DNA of 62,982 bases from Methanothrix sp. (GCA_040770465.1 JAXGJB010000011.1:1-62982); one strand, 5' to 3'. Positions 11,124 through 21,089 are shown, counted from the stretch's first letter. Numbers and translations are program-made. The notes: generated from the letters alone by a model not told the origin.

Positions 11124-12248
11124 CTAGAATATACCGTGGATCTCGGATAGGCAAGCCCGAAGGCTGCCGAGAGTCCGATCGAGATCTTCTGCTATCCTAC
11201 CTCGACTCGATTCGTCCCGCTCCGGCTCAGCGTCCGGCGGGCACAATGGCAGGCTTCCGATCTCGTTTCTGAATAGCTCGGCCCAGAAGGGCGGCAGATA
11301 CTCCCGGACCGCTTCCCCCTTCATGATCTGGAGGGCGATCGCCCATGAGGTGGGGACGACTCTGAGGTTGTAGCCGCCGCCCCCCAGGGCGAGGAGCCTC
11401 CCTCCGGCGTAGAGGTCAGCCAGCTCCTTGATCCGTGAGACGAGCATCCCGTAGCCGGAGAGGGTCAGGTTCAGGTCGGTCAGGGGATCGGCGTAGTGGG
11501 CGTCGGCTCCCAGCTGGGCGACCACCACCTCCGGCTTGAACTTCTCAACGAGCTGGGGTACGACCGCCTCGAAGGCCCGCTGGTAATCGCGGTCGCCGGA
11601 GCCCGGGGGCATGGGAACGTTCACCGAGCTGCCTCGGCCGGAGCCCTCGCCCAGCTCGTCGACGAAGCCAGTGCCGGGAAAAAGGTACCTTCCCGACTCG
11701 TGGATCGATATGGTGAGGACGTTCGGGTCCCGGTAGAATATCTCCTGGACGCCGTCCCCGTGGTGGGCGTCGATGTCGATGTAGAGGACCCGCTCAAACC
11801 CCTTCTTGAGAACCGTGATCGCAAGAGCCGGGTCGTTGAAGATGCAGAATCCCGAGGCCTGGGCCGGCATGGCGTGGTGGAGTCCGCCGGCGAAGTTGAA
11901 GGCGCTGCCTCCTTTCTCGACGATCCTCTTCGCGGCGTCGATGCTCCCACCGGCGACGAGGCGGGATGCGTCGTAGATCCCCTCGAAGACGGGGTTGTCT
12001 CCGAATCCCAGGCCGAATATGGGATTCGGAATCTCGGACCTGACCGCCTCCATGTACTCGGGGGCGTGGACCGAGAGCAGCTCCTCGTCGCTCGCCAGAG
12101 GAGGCTCGACGACCCGGACGTCGTCGCCGTCGAGGAGGCCGTAGTCCTCCATCAGCCGATAGGCGAGGGTCAGACGAGCCGGCCTCAGGGGATGGTGGGG
12201 ACCGAAGTCGTATCGCGAGAAGCCGTCCGAGTAGTAGATGTATATCAT
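11124..12248 (-). CDS. Histone deacetylase family / AcuC-like protein deacetylase
   Basis: HHPLRPAR, GGLHHA, GFCIFND, IDIDAHHGDG, FPGTG, GADAH, GGGGY. Confidence 0.92.
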   Translation of the reverse strand: MIYIYYSDGFSRYDFGPHHPLRPARLTLAYRLMEDYGLLDGDDVRVVEPPLASDEELLSVHAPEYMEAVRSEIPNPIFGLGFGDNPVFEGIYDASRLVAGGSIDAAKRIVEKGGSAFNFAGGLHHAMPAQASGFCIFNDPALAITVLKKGFERVLYIDIDAHHGDGVQEIFYRDPNVLTISIHESGRYLFPGTGFVDELGEGSGRGSSVNVPMPPGSGDRDYQRAFEAVVPQLVEKFKPEVVVAQLGADAHYADPLTDLNLTLSGYGMLVSRIKELADLYAGGRLLALGGGGYNLRVVPTSWAIALQIMKGEAVREYLPPFWAELFRNEIGSLPLCPPDAEPERDESSRGRIAEDLDRTLGSLRACLSEIHGIF

Positions 12249-12331
12249 CTTTAATGGCTTAAGTTGTCGGGAACGTCCAAAAAGGTTTTGCTCTCATGAA
12301 AACGATACGTTCCCGACAGGAGGCGAGAAAG

Positions 12332-13426
12332 ATGCAGATCCCAACGACCATGCGGGCCATGGTTCTTGAAGAGCCGAGAACGCCCCTCCGTGAGATGACC
12401 GTCCCGGTGCCGCGGCCCGGCTCCGGCCAGATTCTGATCAAGGTCCGGGCCTGCGGCGTCTGCAGGACCGATCTTCACATCGTCGACGGCGAGCTCACTG
12501 AACCGAAGCTCCCCCTGATCCCCGGCCACGAGATCGTGGGGACCGTCGTCTCCGGAGGCGGAAATCTGGAGGAAGGCGCTGGGGGAGACGAAGGTGGGGG
12601 CGACGAAGGTGTTGGAGATGCCGGATCTGAAGGCGAAGGCCGGAGGACGGGCAGATTCCGGATCGGAGAGAGGGTGGGGGTCCCGTGGCTGGGATGCGCC
12701 GATGGGACCTGCGCCTATTGCAGACGGGGGAAAGAGAACCTCTGCGACAACGCCCGATTCACCGGCTACACCATCGACGGCGGGTATGCCGAGTACGCCG
12801 TCGCCGACGAGAGGTTCGCATTTCGGCTCCCCGAGTCTTACGCCGACGCCGAGGCAGCTCCGCTATTATGCGCCGGCCTCATCGGCTACCGGTCTTACCG
12901 AATGGCCACCTGCGACCCCGGCGCTGAAAAGATCGGGATCTACGGCTTTGGGGCCGCAGCCCACATCATCGCCCAGGTGGCCCGGTTTCAGGGAAAAGAG
13001 ATCTACGCCTTCACCCGCCCCGGCGACGCCGAGGCCCAAGAATTCGCCCTCCGGCTCGGGGCATCCTGGGCCGGGGGCTCGGACCAGGAGCCGCCCCAGG
13101 CCCTGGACGCTGCCATCATCTTCGCCCCCGCGGGGCCCCTCGTCCCCGCGGCGTTGAGGGCGACGGCGAAAGGCGGGACCGTCGTCTGCGCCGGGATCCA
13201 CATGAGCGACATCCCCTCCTTCCCCTACCGCATCCTCTGGGAGGAGAGGGTCCTCCGATCCGTCGCCAATCTGACCAGAGAGGACGGAGAAGAGTTTCTG
13301 GAGATCGCCCCACAGGTCCCCGTCAGGACCGAGGTGATCGCTTTCGCTCTGGAGGAGGCGAACGTCGCCCTGGAGAGGCTCCGGTCCGGGGAGATCGAGG
13401 GGGCTGCGGTCCTGGTGATCCGGTGA
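12332..13426 (+). CDS. Zinc-dependent alcohol dehydrogenase
   Basis: CGVCRTDLH, GHEIVG, structural Zn region C-x3-TCAYC-x7-C, LLCAG, GIYGFG. Confidence 0.92.
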   Translation: MQIPTTMRAMVLEEPRTPLREMTVPVPRPGSGQILIKVRACGVCRTDLHIVDGELTEPKLPLIPGHEIVGTVVSGGGNLEEGAGGDEGGGDEGVGDAGSEGEGRRTGRFRIGERVGVPWLGCADGTCAYCRRGKENLCDNARFTGYTIDGGYAEYAVADERFAFRLPESYADAEAAPLLCAGLIGYRSYRMATCDPGAEKIGIYGFGAAAHIIAQVARFQGKEIYAFTRPGDAEAQEFALRLGASWAGGSDQEPPQALDAAIIFAPAGPLVPAALRATAKGGTVVCAGIHMSDIPSFPYRILWEERVLRSVANLTREDGEEFLEIAPQVPVRTEVIAFALEEANVALERLRSGEIEGAAVLVIR

Positions 13427-13504
13427 AGCCTCCGAGGAATCATCTCGTCTCCGCCGTCCAGCCGCCTCTTCCGCCATCCCAAATACTTTCGCGCCGCAGA
13501 ACCG

Positions 13505-14758
13505 ATGGCCATAACCGGGAAGATCCGCTCTTTACGTATTGTGACAACCCTCGAGAAGATGGCGCGGCTCGCCGCCCTGAGCAGCTTCGACTCCCTGGGC
13601 CCGTTTTCTGGAGGAAAGATCGATCCGGCCAAGGTCGATGCCCTGGGGAGGGGGACGAAGCACGACATCTGCTCGTCCACCTCGACGAAGAGGAAGGTCG
13701 AGGGGACCGATCGCTTCGGCGACGCCCTGTTTGGAGGGGTCTGCCACTCTTTTACCGGCAGCGGTAGATGCGTCAGCCTCTTCAAGACCCTCTACACCAA
13801 CGCCTGCCCCTTCGACTGCAGGTACTGCGCTAATGCCCGCGGCTCTGAGGGCTCGCGGACCTTCTCCTACTCGCCCGAGGAGCTGGCGAAGATCACCGTC
13901 GCCCTCTACCGAACAAATCGGATCGAGGGTCTATTTTTGAGCTCGGGGATCGGAAAGGGCGAGGACGAGACGATGGAGGAGATGATCGAGACGGTGAGGC
14001 TTCTGAGAAGATCCTACCGGTTCGGTGGCTACGTCCACCTGAAGATCCTTCCCGGATCGTCGAAAGAGCACGTGAGGGAGGCAATGGAGCTATCGGACAG
14101 GGTGAGCGTGAACCTGGAGGCTCCGTCGAAGTCGCGGTTGGCGGAGCTCTGCCCGTCGAAGGATTACGATGGGGACATCCTGGCGAGGCAGAGGTACGTG
14201 ATGGACCTATCGAAGACCGTCGATCTTCCAGCAGGCCAGACCACCCAGATGGTGGTGGGGGCCGCCGGCGAGACCGATCGGGAGATCTTCGACAGGCTCC
14301 ACTTCGAGTACGACGTCTTAAAACTAAAACGGGTCTACTTCTCGGCCTTTCGGCCCGTTGCTGGGACCGCCTTCGAGGGGAGGGAGAAGGAGGATAGCTG
14401 GCGGGAGCACCGCCTCTACCAGGTAGACTGGCTCCGCCGGGTCTACAGGCTGGAAGAAGAGGAGATCCTCGCCGCCTTCGACGACGACGGTTTTCTCGGG
14501 GACAGAGATCCGAAGGTGGCGATCGCCAGAAACTTCTTCGACTCGCCGATCGACCCGAACTCGGCCTCCTTCAATGAGTTGATCAGAGTTCCGGGGATCG
14601 GCCCCAAGAGCGCCCGGCGGATCGCCCTCCTCCGAAAGAGGGCTCGGATCGAGAGGATGAGGGACCTTGCGGCCCTCGGCGTCGCGACCCGCCGGGCGGG
14701 CCCCTTCCTCAAAGTCGACGGAAAATGCGTCACGACCCTCGACCGGTGGATCGGATGA
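13505..14758 (+). CDS. Putative DNA modification/repair radical SAM protein with C-terminal HhH (TIGR03916-like)
   Basis: GVCHSFTGSGRCVSLFKTL, CPFDCRYC, GYVHLK, REHRLYQ, LIRVPGIGPKSA; true start may be 13541 or 13559. Confidence 0.88.
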   Translation: MAITGKIRSLRIVTTLEKMARLAALSSFDSLGPFSGGKIDPAKVDALGRGTKHDICSSTSTKRKVEGTDRFGDALFGGVCHSFTGSGRCVSLFKTLYTNACPFDCRYCANARGSEGSRTFSYSPEELAKITVALYRTNRIEGLFLSSGIGKGEDETMEEMIETVRLLRRSYRFGGYVHLKILPGSSKEHVREAMELSDRVSVNLEAPSKSRLAELCPSKDYDGDILARQRYVMDLSKTVDLPAGQTTQMVVGAAGETDREIFDRLHFEYDVLKLKRVYFSAFRPVAGTAFEGREKEDSWREHRLYQVDWLRRVYRLEEEEILAAFDDDGFLGDRDPKVAIARNFFDSPIDPNSASFNELIRVPGIGPKSARRIALLRKRARIERMRDLAALGVATRRAGPFLKVDGKCVTTLDRWIG

Positions 14759-15390
14759 GAACCCCCGACGACTTCATCGAGCTTCTCGCTTGTCACAAAA
14801 ACTCTGAGAGGAGGCTGATCGAGGGGGCGAGAAGGCTCACTCCCCTGGAGATCGAGACCTCGACCGACCCGAAGATCGTCCGGATAAGGAGGATGATTTA
14901 CGCTGTCCAGGGCGAGATTCACCGGATGAGGGGGTTTGTGAGGCTTCTGCCCCTCGGAGGAAAGGTCCTCTGGGGCCGGATGAGCCCCGAGCACGACATC
15001 GGATTTTATGTCGCCGACTTCTTCGCTAGGAGGTTTCCTGGGACGATGATCGTCCTGGGAGACGAAAAGAGGTCCTGGGCATCGGTCCGGACCGACTCCG
15101 GATTTCTCCGCCATAGGGGCGGCGGGGTCTCAAGCGCCCTCGAAGAGCTCGGCCGGCTCATGAATGTTGGATCCGGAGAGGGCAAGGGCGAGAAAGAGGA
15201 CGAAGAGGAGGGGGACAGGGCCGAGGCCGGCGTCAACGACCTCTGGGAGGTTTACTATCGAAGCCAGGACCAGCCCCGAAAAGACGGCAGACGGCCCTTC
15301 GGAGGGCGGATATCCAGACGTTCCCTCAAATCGGCCGGAATGGAGACGGAGAGGGGGCGAGGGAACAGGAGGCTCGGGGAGTTCATTTGA
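14755..15390 (+). CDS. DUF4130 (TIGR03915-like) partner protein
   Basis: EIHRMRGFVRL, PEHDI, FFARRF, LWEVYYRS; ATGA overlap with the radical SAM gene. Confidence 0.78.
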   Translation: MRTPDDFIELLACHKNSERRLIEGARRLTPLEIETSTDPKIVRIRRMIYAVQGEIHRMRGFVRLLPLGGKVLWGRMSPEHDIGFYVADFFARRFPGTMIVLGDEKRSWASVRTDSGFLRHRGGGVSSALEELGRLMNVGSGEGKGEKEDEEEGDRAEAGVNDLWEVYYRSQDQPRKDGRRPFGGRISRRSLKSAGMETERGRGNRRLGEFI

Positions 15391-16033
15391 ATATCTCGCC
15401 AGTCTCCTTGGACCAGAGGAGGAGGTCCAGGTGGCCCATGGGAATTCCCGTCTTCTTCGAGAATTCGATCATCCTCCGCTCGATCTCCAGGTACCTCTTC
15501 TTTGTGAGGGAGGCTGGGACCTCGTCGATGACGCCGAGTAAGACCAGATTCTTGAGGATGTGGCGGTCGAGGATGGCGAGGTCCTCGCCGAGGCCGACGT
15601 TCCGGAGGAAGTGGCCCGCCTCCTTGTAGCCGAGTCCCATCACGTTCTCCACCAGCCACTCCCGTAGGGCGAAGGGGCTTTCGAACCCCTCAAGGACGGA
15701 TCGGACCCTGAGCCGGCCGTCACGCGTGAACTGATTCCGGGCCGCGACGATGTAGCTCGCCTTCCTCTCCTTGAAGCGGACGTTCGATAGCTTTTCGAGG
15801 ATCTCGTCGGAGCTTCCGGCGAAGAGGAGGTCACAGCCTCTGAGCCGCTCGACGGCGGGCCAGCATGTCCTAGCCCGGGACTGGGGGGTGAGGATGCAGA
15901 AGGCAAGTTCTGCGAAGAGGTCGCGGTCCGAGCCCTCAGACCAGATCCGTCTGAAGTCGGCGAGGCGAGCGTCTATCTTCTCTTTCTGGGCCCGGTGGAA
16001 GGCGAGGATATCGTCGGTCTTGTCGGAGTTCAT
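15383..16033 (-). CDS. ogg: 8-oxoguanine DNA glycosylase/AP lyase (archaeal Ogg)
   Basis: ELAFCILTPQS, GLGYKEAGHFLRNVG, AILDRH, LDLLLW. Confidence 0.93.
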   Translation of the reverse strand: MNSDKTDDILAFHRAQKEKIDARLADFRRIWSEGSDRDLFAELAFCILTPQSRARTCWPAVERLRGCDLLFAGSSDEILEKLSNVRFKERKASYIVAARNQFTRDGRLRVRSVLEGFESPFALREWLVENVMGLGYKEAGHFLRNVGLGEDLAILDRHILKNLVLLGVIDEVPASLTKKRYLEIERRMIEFSKKTGIPMGHLDLLLWSKETGEIFK

Positions 16034-16318
16034 CGGAGACCTCTCGTCGTCGGGCGATAAGACGGTGTCGGAATGGGCCTAGCTTTCGATCCGATCTCGT
16101 TTGAACAGGTCAGAAGAGCGCATCGAAGAGAGCATCGAAGAGAGTATCCAAAGAACGCTGTTAATTCTTCCGCGGATGGTCGCGGCGGATGGGAACACCC
16201 TTTCAATGCGAGCATCCTATCCTTAAACAAAGATGCTTACATTGCAGGCCACATGCAGATGATTGGAGTAACCTTATAATACAATTAATCCTCATCAGTC
16301 TCCGGCGCGGTTGGGAAC

Positions 16319-19126
16319 ATGTCGGAAATCAAACTTATCATCGACGGTCGAGAGGTCGCGGTCCCCCCTGGGGCCACCATCCTCGATGCGGCCCGGAAGG
16401 CGGGCTCTTATGTGCCGGCGCTCTGCGATCATCCGGACCTGAAGCCCACGGGCTCCTGCAAGCTCTGCATCGTCTCGGTAGAGGGGCTTGATCACTATCC
16501 TACATCCTGCAACACCCTGGCGGAGGAGGGGATGGTGGTACAGACCCGGACCGAGGAGCTCCAGGAGATGAGAAGGCACACCCTGGAGATGATCCTCGCT
16601 CTCACCAATCATCCCACGTCATGCCTCTTTTGCGAGCGGAAGGACGAATGCATCGAGCTTCGCGAATGCATGAAGAAGTTTCCGGTGACGGTGGGATGCA
16701 AGTACTGCCCCCAGGACGGGAGATGTGAGCTGCAGGAGGCGGTGGAGTTCGTCGGCCTGGAGAGGGTTCGATACCAGCACTCTTTTAGAGATATGCCGGT
16801 ATTGAGGGAGCCCTTCTTCGACCGAAACTACAACCTCTGCATAATGTGCGGTCGGTGCGTCCGAATCTGCGACGAGGTGCGAGGAAACAGCGTCCTATTC
16901 ACAAATCCCGATTTTCACCGGATGCACTGGATCGGACCCGCCTCTCTCCAGGACTCAGACTGCAAGTTCTGCGGAGCGTGTGTGGACGCCTGCCCCACCG
17001 GCGCCCTCTCCGTCCGGTCTGATAAATGGGTCCGGCCGGAGATGATGGTTGCCACCGTCTGCCCCTACTGCGGCGTTGGATGCAGGCTGGATCTGGGAGT
17101 CAAGGACGGCATGATCGTCTCCATCGCCCCGGATCGGGACGGGCCGGTCAATCGGGGGCAGCTGTGCGTCAAGGGCCGCTTCGGCCTCGACGAGATCGTC
17201 CACCATCCCGACCGGCTGACAGTCCCCCTGATAAGGCGGAACGGGAAGTTCGAGGAGGCGAGCTGGGAGGAGGCCCTGGACCTCGTCGCCCGGAGGTTCA
17301 CCGAGATCAGAAACGAGTACGGTCCCGACTCTCTGGGGGCGTTCTCCTCATCAAGGTGCACCAACGAGGAGAACTACCTGGTCCAGAAGCTCGCCCGGGC
17401 CGTCTTCGGGACGAACAACGTCGACAACTGCGCCCGGATCTGCCACGCCCCCTCCGTGACGGGTCTTGCCGCCTGCTTCGGAAGCGGGGCTGCCACCAAC
17501 TCCTTCGACCAGATCGAGGACGCAGACGTCCTCTTCATCATCGGCTCCAACACCACAGAGGCTCACCCCATCGTCGGGCTGAAGGTGATCAAGGCCGCTA
17601 ACAAGGGCGCAAAGATCATCGTCGCCGACCCCCGGAAGATCGAGCTCGTCGACCGGGCGGAGGTCTGGCTGAACCTCCGGCCTGGAACCAACATCGCCCT
17701 CCTCAACGGGATGATGAACGTCATCCTCAGAGAGGGGCTGGAGGACCGGGAGTTCATCGCCGGCCGGACCGAGGGGTTCGAGGAGTTCAGAAAGGTGGTG
17801 GAAACGTATCCGCCAGCCAGGGCCGCCGAGATCGCCGGAGTTTCCGAGGAGGAGATCATCGAGGCGGCCCGGCTCTACGCCGGAGCCGAGAAGGCGATGA
17901 TCATCTACAGCCTGGGGATGACCGAGCACGTCACAGGAACCTACAACGTGATGTCTTTGGGCAATCTGGCCATGCTGACGGGGAACGTCGGCCGCCGATC
18001 GACGGGGATAATGCCCCTCCGTGGGCAGAACAACGTCCAGGGGGCCTGCGACATGGGGGCCCTTCCCAACAGCTACGTCGGCTATCAGCCGGTGACCAGC
18101 CCCGAGAACCGGTCCAAGTTCGAAGAGGCCTGGAAAGTCCGGCTCCCCGAGAAGCCAGGGCTCACCTCCACTCAGATGCTGGAGCAGCTAGCAGCAGCAG
18201 GAGGGGGGGAAGAGAGAGAAGAGGTGGGCGAGGGAGACGGTGAGGGAGGTATAGGGATCAGAGGGATGTACATCCTGGGGGAGGACCCCGCCCAGACCGA
18301 CCCCGACACCAACCGGGTCCGCTCCGCCCTCGAGGCTCTGGACTTCCTCGTCGTCCAGGAGATATTCCCCACCGAGACGACCAGGTACGCCGACGTGATC
18401 CTCCCGGCCGCAAGCTTCGCCGAGTGCGACGGGACCTTCACCAACGGCGAGCGGCGGATTCAAAGAGTGAACAAGGCAATCCCTCCCCTGACGGGGCTTG
18501 CGAACTGGGAGACGATCTGCATCATCGCCGAGAAGATGGGCTATCCGATGAAGTACGGCCATCCATCGGAGATCATGGACGAGATCGCGTCTCTTGCGCC
18601 CATGTTCGGGGGAGTGAGCTTCGAGCGGCTCGGCGCCCGGGGTCTGCAGTGGCCCTGCCCCTCCCTGAACCATCCGGGGACGGAGACGATGCACGTCGGC
18701 TGCTTCAGCCGGGGGCTCGGGAAGTTCAACGCCGTCGAGCACAGGCCTCCCGCCGAGGTGACCGATCCCGAGTACCCGTTGATCCTCACCACCGGCCGGA
18801 GGCGCGAGCACTACAACTGCGGCTCCATGACCCGCCGCTCCAAGGGGATCATGTGGGTCTGGCCGGAGGAGGCGATCGAGATCAGCCCCGCGGACGCCGG
18901 GGAGCTGGGGATCGAGGACGGCGAGACGGTCCTGGTAAAGTCCAGGCGGGGCGAGGTGAGGGTGAAGGCGAGGGTCACCGAGAAGTCGTCCCGCGGCGTG
19001 GCCTTCATGTCCTTCCACTATCAGGATGTACTCACAAATCTTCTCACCAACGCCGCCTTGGACCCTGTGGCAAGGACGCCGGAGTACAAGGCCTGCGCCA
19101 TACGGGTGGAGAAGATACCGTCGTGA
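16319..19126 (+). CDS. Formate dehydrogenase alpha-subunit-like Mo/W-bisPGD enzyme with N-terminal Fe-S module
   Basis: 2Fe-2S and 2x4Fe-4S motifs (CIMCGRCVRIC, CKFCGACVDACP), CPYCGVGC, NCARICHAPS with Cys ligand, LRGQNNVQG, PEYK. Confidence 0.9.
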   Translation: MSEIKLIIDGREVAVPPGATILDAARKAGSYVPALCDHPDLKPTGSCKLCIVSVEGLDHYPTSCNTLAEEGMVVQTRTEELQEMRRHTLEMILALTNHPTSCLFCERKDECIELRECMKKFPVTVGCKYCPQDGRCELQEAVEFVGLERVRYQHSFRDMPVLREPFFDRNYNLCIMCGRCVRICDEVRGNSVLFTNPDFHRMHWIGPASLQDSDCKFCGACVDACPTGALSVRSDKWVRPEMMVATVCPYCGVGCRLDLGVKDGMIVSIAPDRDGPVNRGQLCVKGRFGLDEIVHHPDRLTVPLIRRNGKFEEASWEEALDLVARRFTEIRNEYGPDSLGAFSSSRCTNEENYLVQKLARAVFGTNNVDNCARICHAPSVTGLAACFGSGAATNSFDQIEDADVLFIIGSNTTEAHPIVGLKVIKAANKGAKIIVADPRKIELVDRAEVWLNLRPGTNIALLNGMMNVILREGLEDREFIAGRTEGFEEFRKVVETYPPARAAEIAGVSEEEIIEAARLYAGAEKAMIIYSLGMTEHVTGTYNVMSLGNLAMLTGNVGRRSTGIMPLRGQNNVQGACDMGALPNSYVGYQPVTSPENRSKFEEAWKVRLPEKPGLTSTQMLEQLAAAGGGEEREEVGEGDGEGGIGIRGMYILGEDPAQTDPDTNRVRSALEALDFLVVQEIFPTETTRYADVILPAASFAECDGTFTNGERRIQRVNKAIPPLTGLANWETICIIAEKMGYPMKYGHPSEIMDEIASLAPMFGGVSFERLGARGLQWPCPSLNHPGTETMHVGCFSRGLGKFNAVEHRPPAEVTDPEYPLILTTGRRREHYNCGSMTRRSKGIMWVWPEEAIEISPADAGELGIEDGETVLVKSRRGEVRVKARVTEKSSRGVAFMSFHYQDVLTNLLTNAALDPVARTPEYKACAIRVEKIPS

Positions 19127-19238
19127 AGGAGAGGAGGGAGGTGATCGGTCTTTGTGACCGACCCGGCCTTCCTACCCCTACTCTCCCTCCTAACCCTATA
19201 CCTGAGGCGGAGGCATAAGTCATAAAATCGAAAAGGTT

Positions 19239-19421
19239 TCAGTCTTCAAGCAGATCTTCTATCAGGTCCTCGACTGAGTCAAAACGCTTTCCCCGGCCCT
19301 GCTCCGCCTCCCTCTTCGCCTCCAGCACGTCGGCTATGAACTCCTCGCTGAAGTCTCCACAGGAGTCGAAGGCGTGCAAGGGGGCGCCTTCTTTCTGAAC
19401 CTCTTTAAGAGCCATCTTCAC
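19239..19421 (-). CDS. Small antitoxin-like protein without partner
   Basis: C-terminal EFIADVLEAKREAEQGRGKRFDSVEDLIEDL resembles RelB-type antitoxin tails; GGAGG upstream. Confidence 0.5.
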   Translation of the reverse strand: MKMALKEVQKEGAPLHAFDSCGDFSEEFIADVLEAKREAEQGRGKRFDSVEDLIEDLLED

Positions 19422-19455
19422 CGACAGCCTCCCGAATAATTCCCAGCAGACATGT

Positions 19456-19785
19456 TCAGCGGCCCTTTTCGTCTCTCCGCCCGCCGCAGCCCTCTTTCGG
19501 CTCGGATGCGTCCCCGCCGGCTAGCCTCTGCTTCCGCTCCGGGGTATAAGCCCACCAGGGCCGCTTGGGCTCGCCTTCCATGAATCTGACCGCGGAGATG
19601 AAGACGTCGATGACGCAGGGGTCATGCAGCTCCCCTGTTTTGAAACATAGCTCCTCGTACATCGAGTAGGGGTCTCGCCCTATCAGATCCTGGGGATGAG
19701 AGACTCCCACCAGGCGCAGATCCTCCGCCAGGGCGGGACCGATGTTGGGGATCTCTTCCAATCGAGTGTATTTTTTTCGGTTCAT
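19456..19785 (-). CDS. Helix-hairpin-helix protein (Cdd1 / mitomycin-resistance family)
   Basis: LEEIPNIGPALAEDL, HDPCVIDVF, PWWAYT. Confidence 0.85.
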   Translation of the reverse strand: MNRKKYTRLEEIPNIGPALAEDLRLVGVSHPQDLIGRDPYSMYEELCFKTGELHDPCVIDVFISAVRFMEGEPKRPWWAYTPERKQRLAGGDASEPKEGCGGRRDEKGR

Positions 19786-19804
19786 AGAGGATCTGCCCCT
19801 AAAC

Positions 19805-20110
19805 CTAAATCAGCAGTCGCCGGGATGACCAAGGCGGATGGTCAAATCCACCCGCCGCGGCCCGGGCGAGCATCTCACGGGACAGGTCCAGCCCGGTGAC
19901 AGAATAGCCGCGCCGCGCGAGCTCGATGGAGTGGCGTCCCGTCCCGCATCCGACGTCGAGGATCGAGCCGCCTTGTGGCAGCGCCAGCTCCTCGATGAGG
20001 AAGTCCACCTCTGGAAGCGTGTTCTTGGTGAAGGCGTTGTCCTCGTAGACCGGCGCATGCGCATCAAAGAACGTTTCCCATGTGCTCTTCTCTTTCAACG
20101 GGTCACCCAT
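19805..20110 (-). pseudogene. 3'-truncated class I SAM-dependent methyltransferase
   Basis: ILDVGCGTGRH and VTGLDLS motifs present; homology stops after MLARAA near 19855. Confidence 0.75.
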
Positions 20111-20145
20111 CTTTTATTGAGCTCAGAGTATTATATAATCTAAAA

Positions 20146-21084
20146 TCATCTGTAAACCCTTGGGAACCTAAACTCTGATCCCTTAAGATACTCTTCAACA
20201 GTATCTATGGCTATCCATTTTCGCTTGCTATTCTCAGCTACAAACCCTGTTACGTTGCTGCCACAGAAGGGATCCATGACTATATCCCCTGGGTCCGTGA
20301 GGAAGTCAACGAAGAATTGAGGTAGTTCCTTCGGGAATCTGGCTGGGTGAGGATTTATGCCAAATTCTTTACATTTTTTCAAATAGGGACTACTGGAATC
20401 GGTGTTCCCTACCTGCAGAACATTGGGTGGGATAGCACCATTATTGTCTTTTCTAAATTTAGATGTAATGTTATGACCTGATGGTCTCTTTTTGGCTACA
20501 TATCCCTTTTCAATGATCCTCTGCATGTCCTTACTGTAGGGTTGAAGAACACTTCTGTTATCGGCTTTTGGGTAGGGGTTCTTGGAGAACCACAGCACCA
20601 ATTCTACTGAATCCTTAACTCTAATTCGCCTTACTGTAACCCATTCTGCCGGTGCTGGAAGCTTTGCAGGATTATACCAATAGAATTCTTGAGCAAAATG
20701 GAATACCTTGGCAAGCTCTAAGATTAATTCGAATTGATATGTGGACCGGGTAGGCACTCCTTTGTTCCACGATCCACCTATATTAATTACAAGACTTCCA
20801 TCATCTTTTAGAATTCTTTGAAATTCTTGAGCAAATCCCATGAACCATTTTACATAATCTTGGGCATCGACATTACCATACTCCTTTTTAAATACAAGGG
20901 CGTATGGAGGGGAAGTAACTATTAAATTAATTACTGAGTCTGGCATTTCTCCCATTATATCAATTGCATCTCCTAGGTAGGCTGAACCGTATTCGGTGAA
21001 ATAGTATGGTTCGGTTGATACGATACTCCTAAACGGATTCTCGATTCCTAGGTCTACTAATGGCTTTGTTTCATATACAGGCAT
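20146..21084 (-). CDS. Beta-class N4-cytosine DNA methyltransferase, M.PvuII-like
   Basis: TSPPY precedes DPFCGS; KKEYGN, KLPAPAEWV, RPSGH, DNNGAIPPN and HPARFP match M.PvuII as recalled; AT-rich. Confidence 0.9.
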   Translation of the reverse strand: MPVYETKPLVDLGIENPFRSIVSTEPYYFTEYGSAYLGDAIDIMGEMPDSVINLIVTSPPYALVFKKEYGNVDAQDYVKWFMGFAQEFQRILKDDGSLVINIGGSWNKGVPTRSTYQFELILELAKVFHFAQEFYWYNPAKLPAPAEWVTVRRIRVKDSVELVLWFSKNPYPKADNRSVLQPYSKDMQRIIEKGYVAKKRPSGHNITSKFRKDNNGAIPPNVLQVGNTDSSSPYLKKCKEFGINPHPARFPKELPQFFVDFLTDPGDIVMDPFCGSNVTGFVAENSKRKWIAIDTVEEYLKGSEFRFPRVYR

Positions 21085-21089
21085 GGCAG

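Noticed and set aside
16030-16318. Small ORFs and a possible Moco/Wco riboswitch upstream of fdh
   Set aside because: Only a 12-bp duplication (GCATCGAAGAGA) and weak inverted repeats; no riboswitch consensus recognised.
16319-19126. Selenocysteine in the formate dehydrogenase
   Set aside because: The active-site residue is Cys (RICH) and there is no in-frame TGA.
20146-21084. Inferring CAGCTG specificity from site avoidance
   Set aside because: CAGCTG occurs repeatedly in the window (for example near 9944, 22271, 28502, 41391); specificity cannot be read from this sequence.
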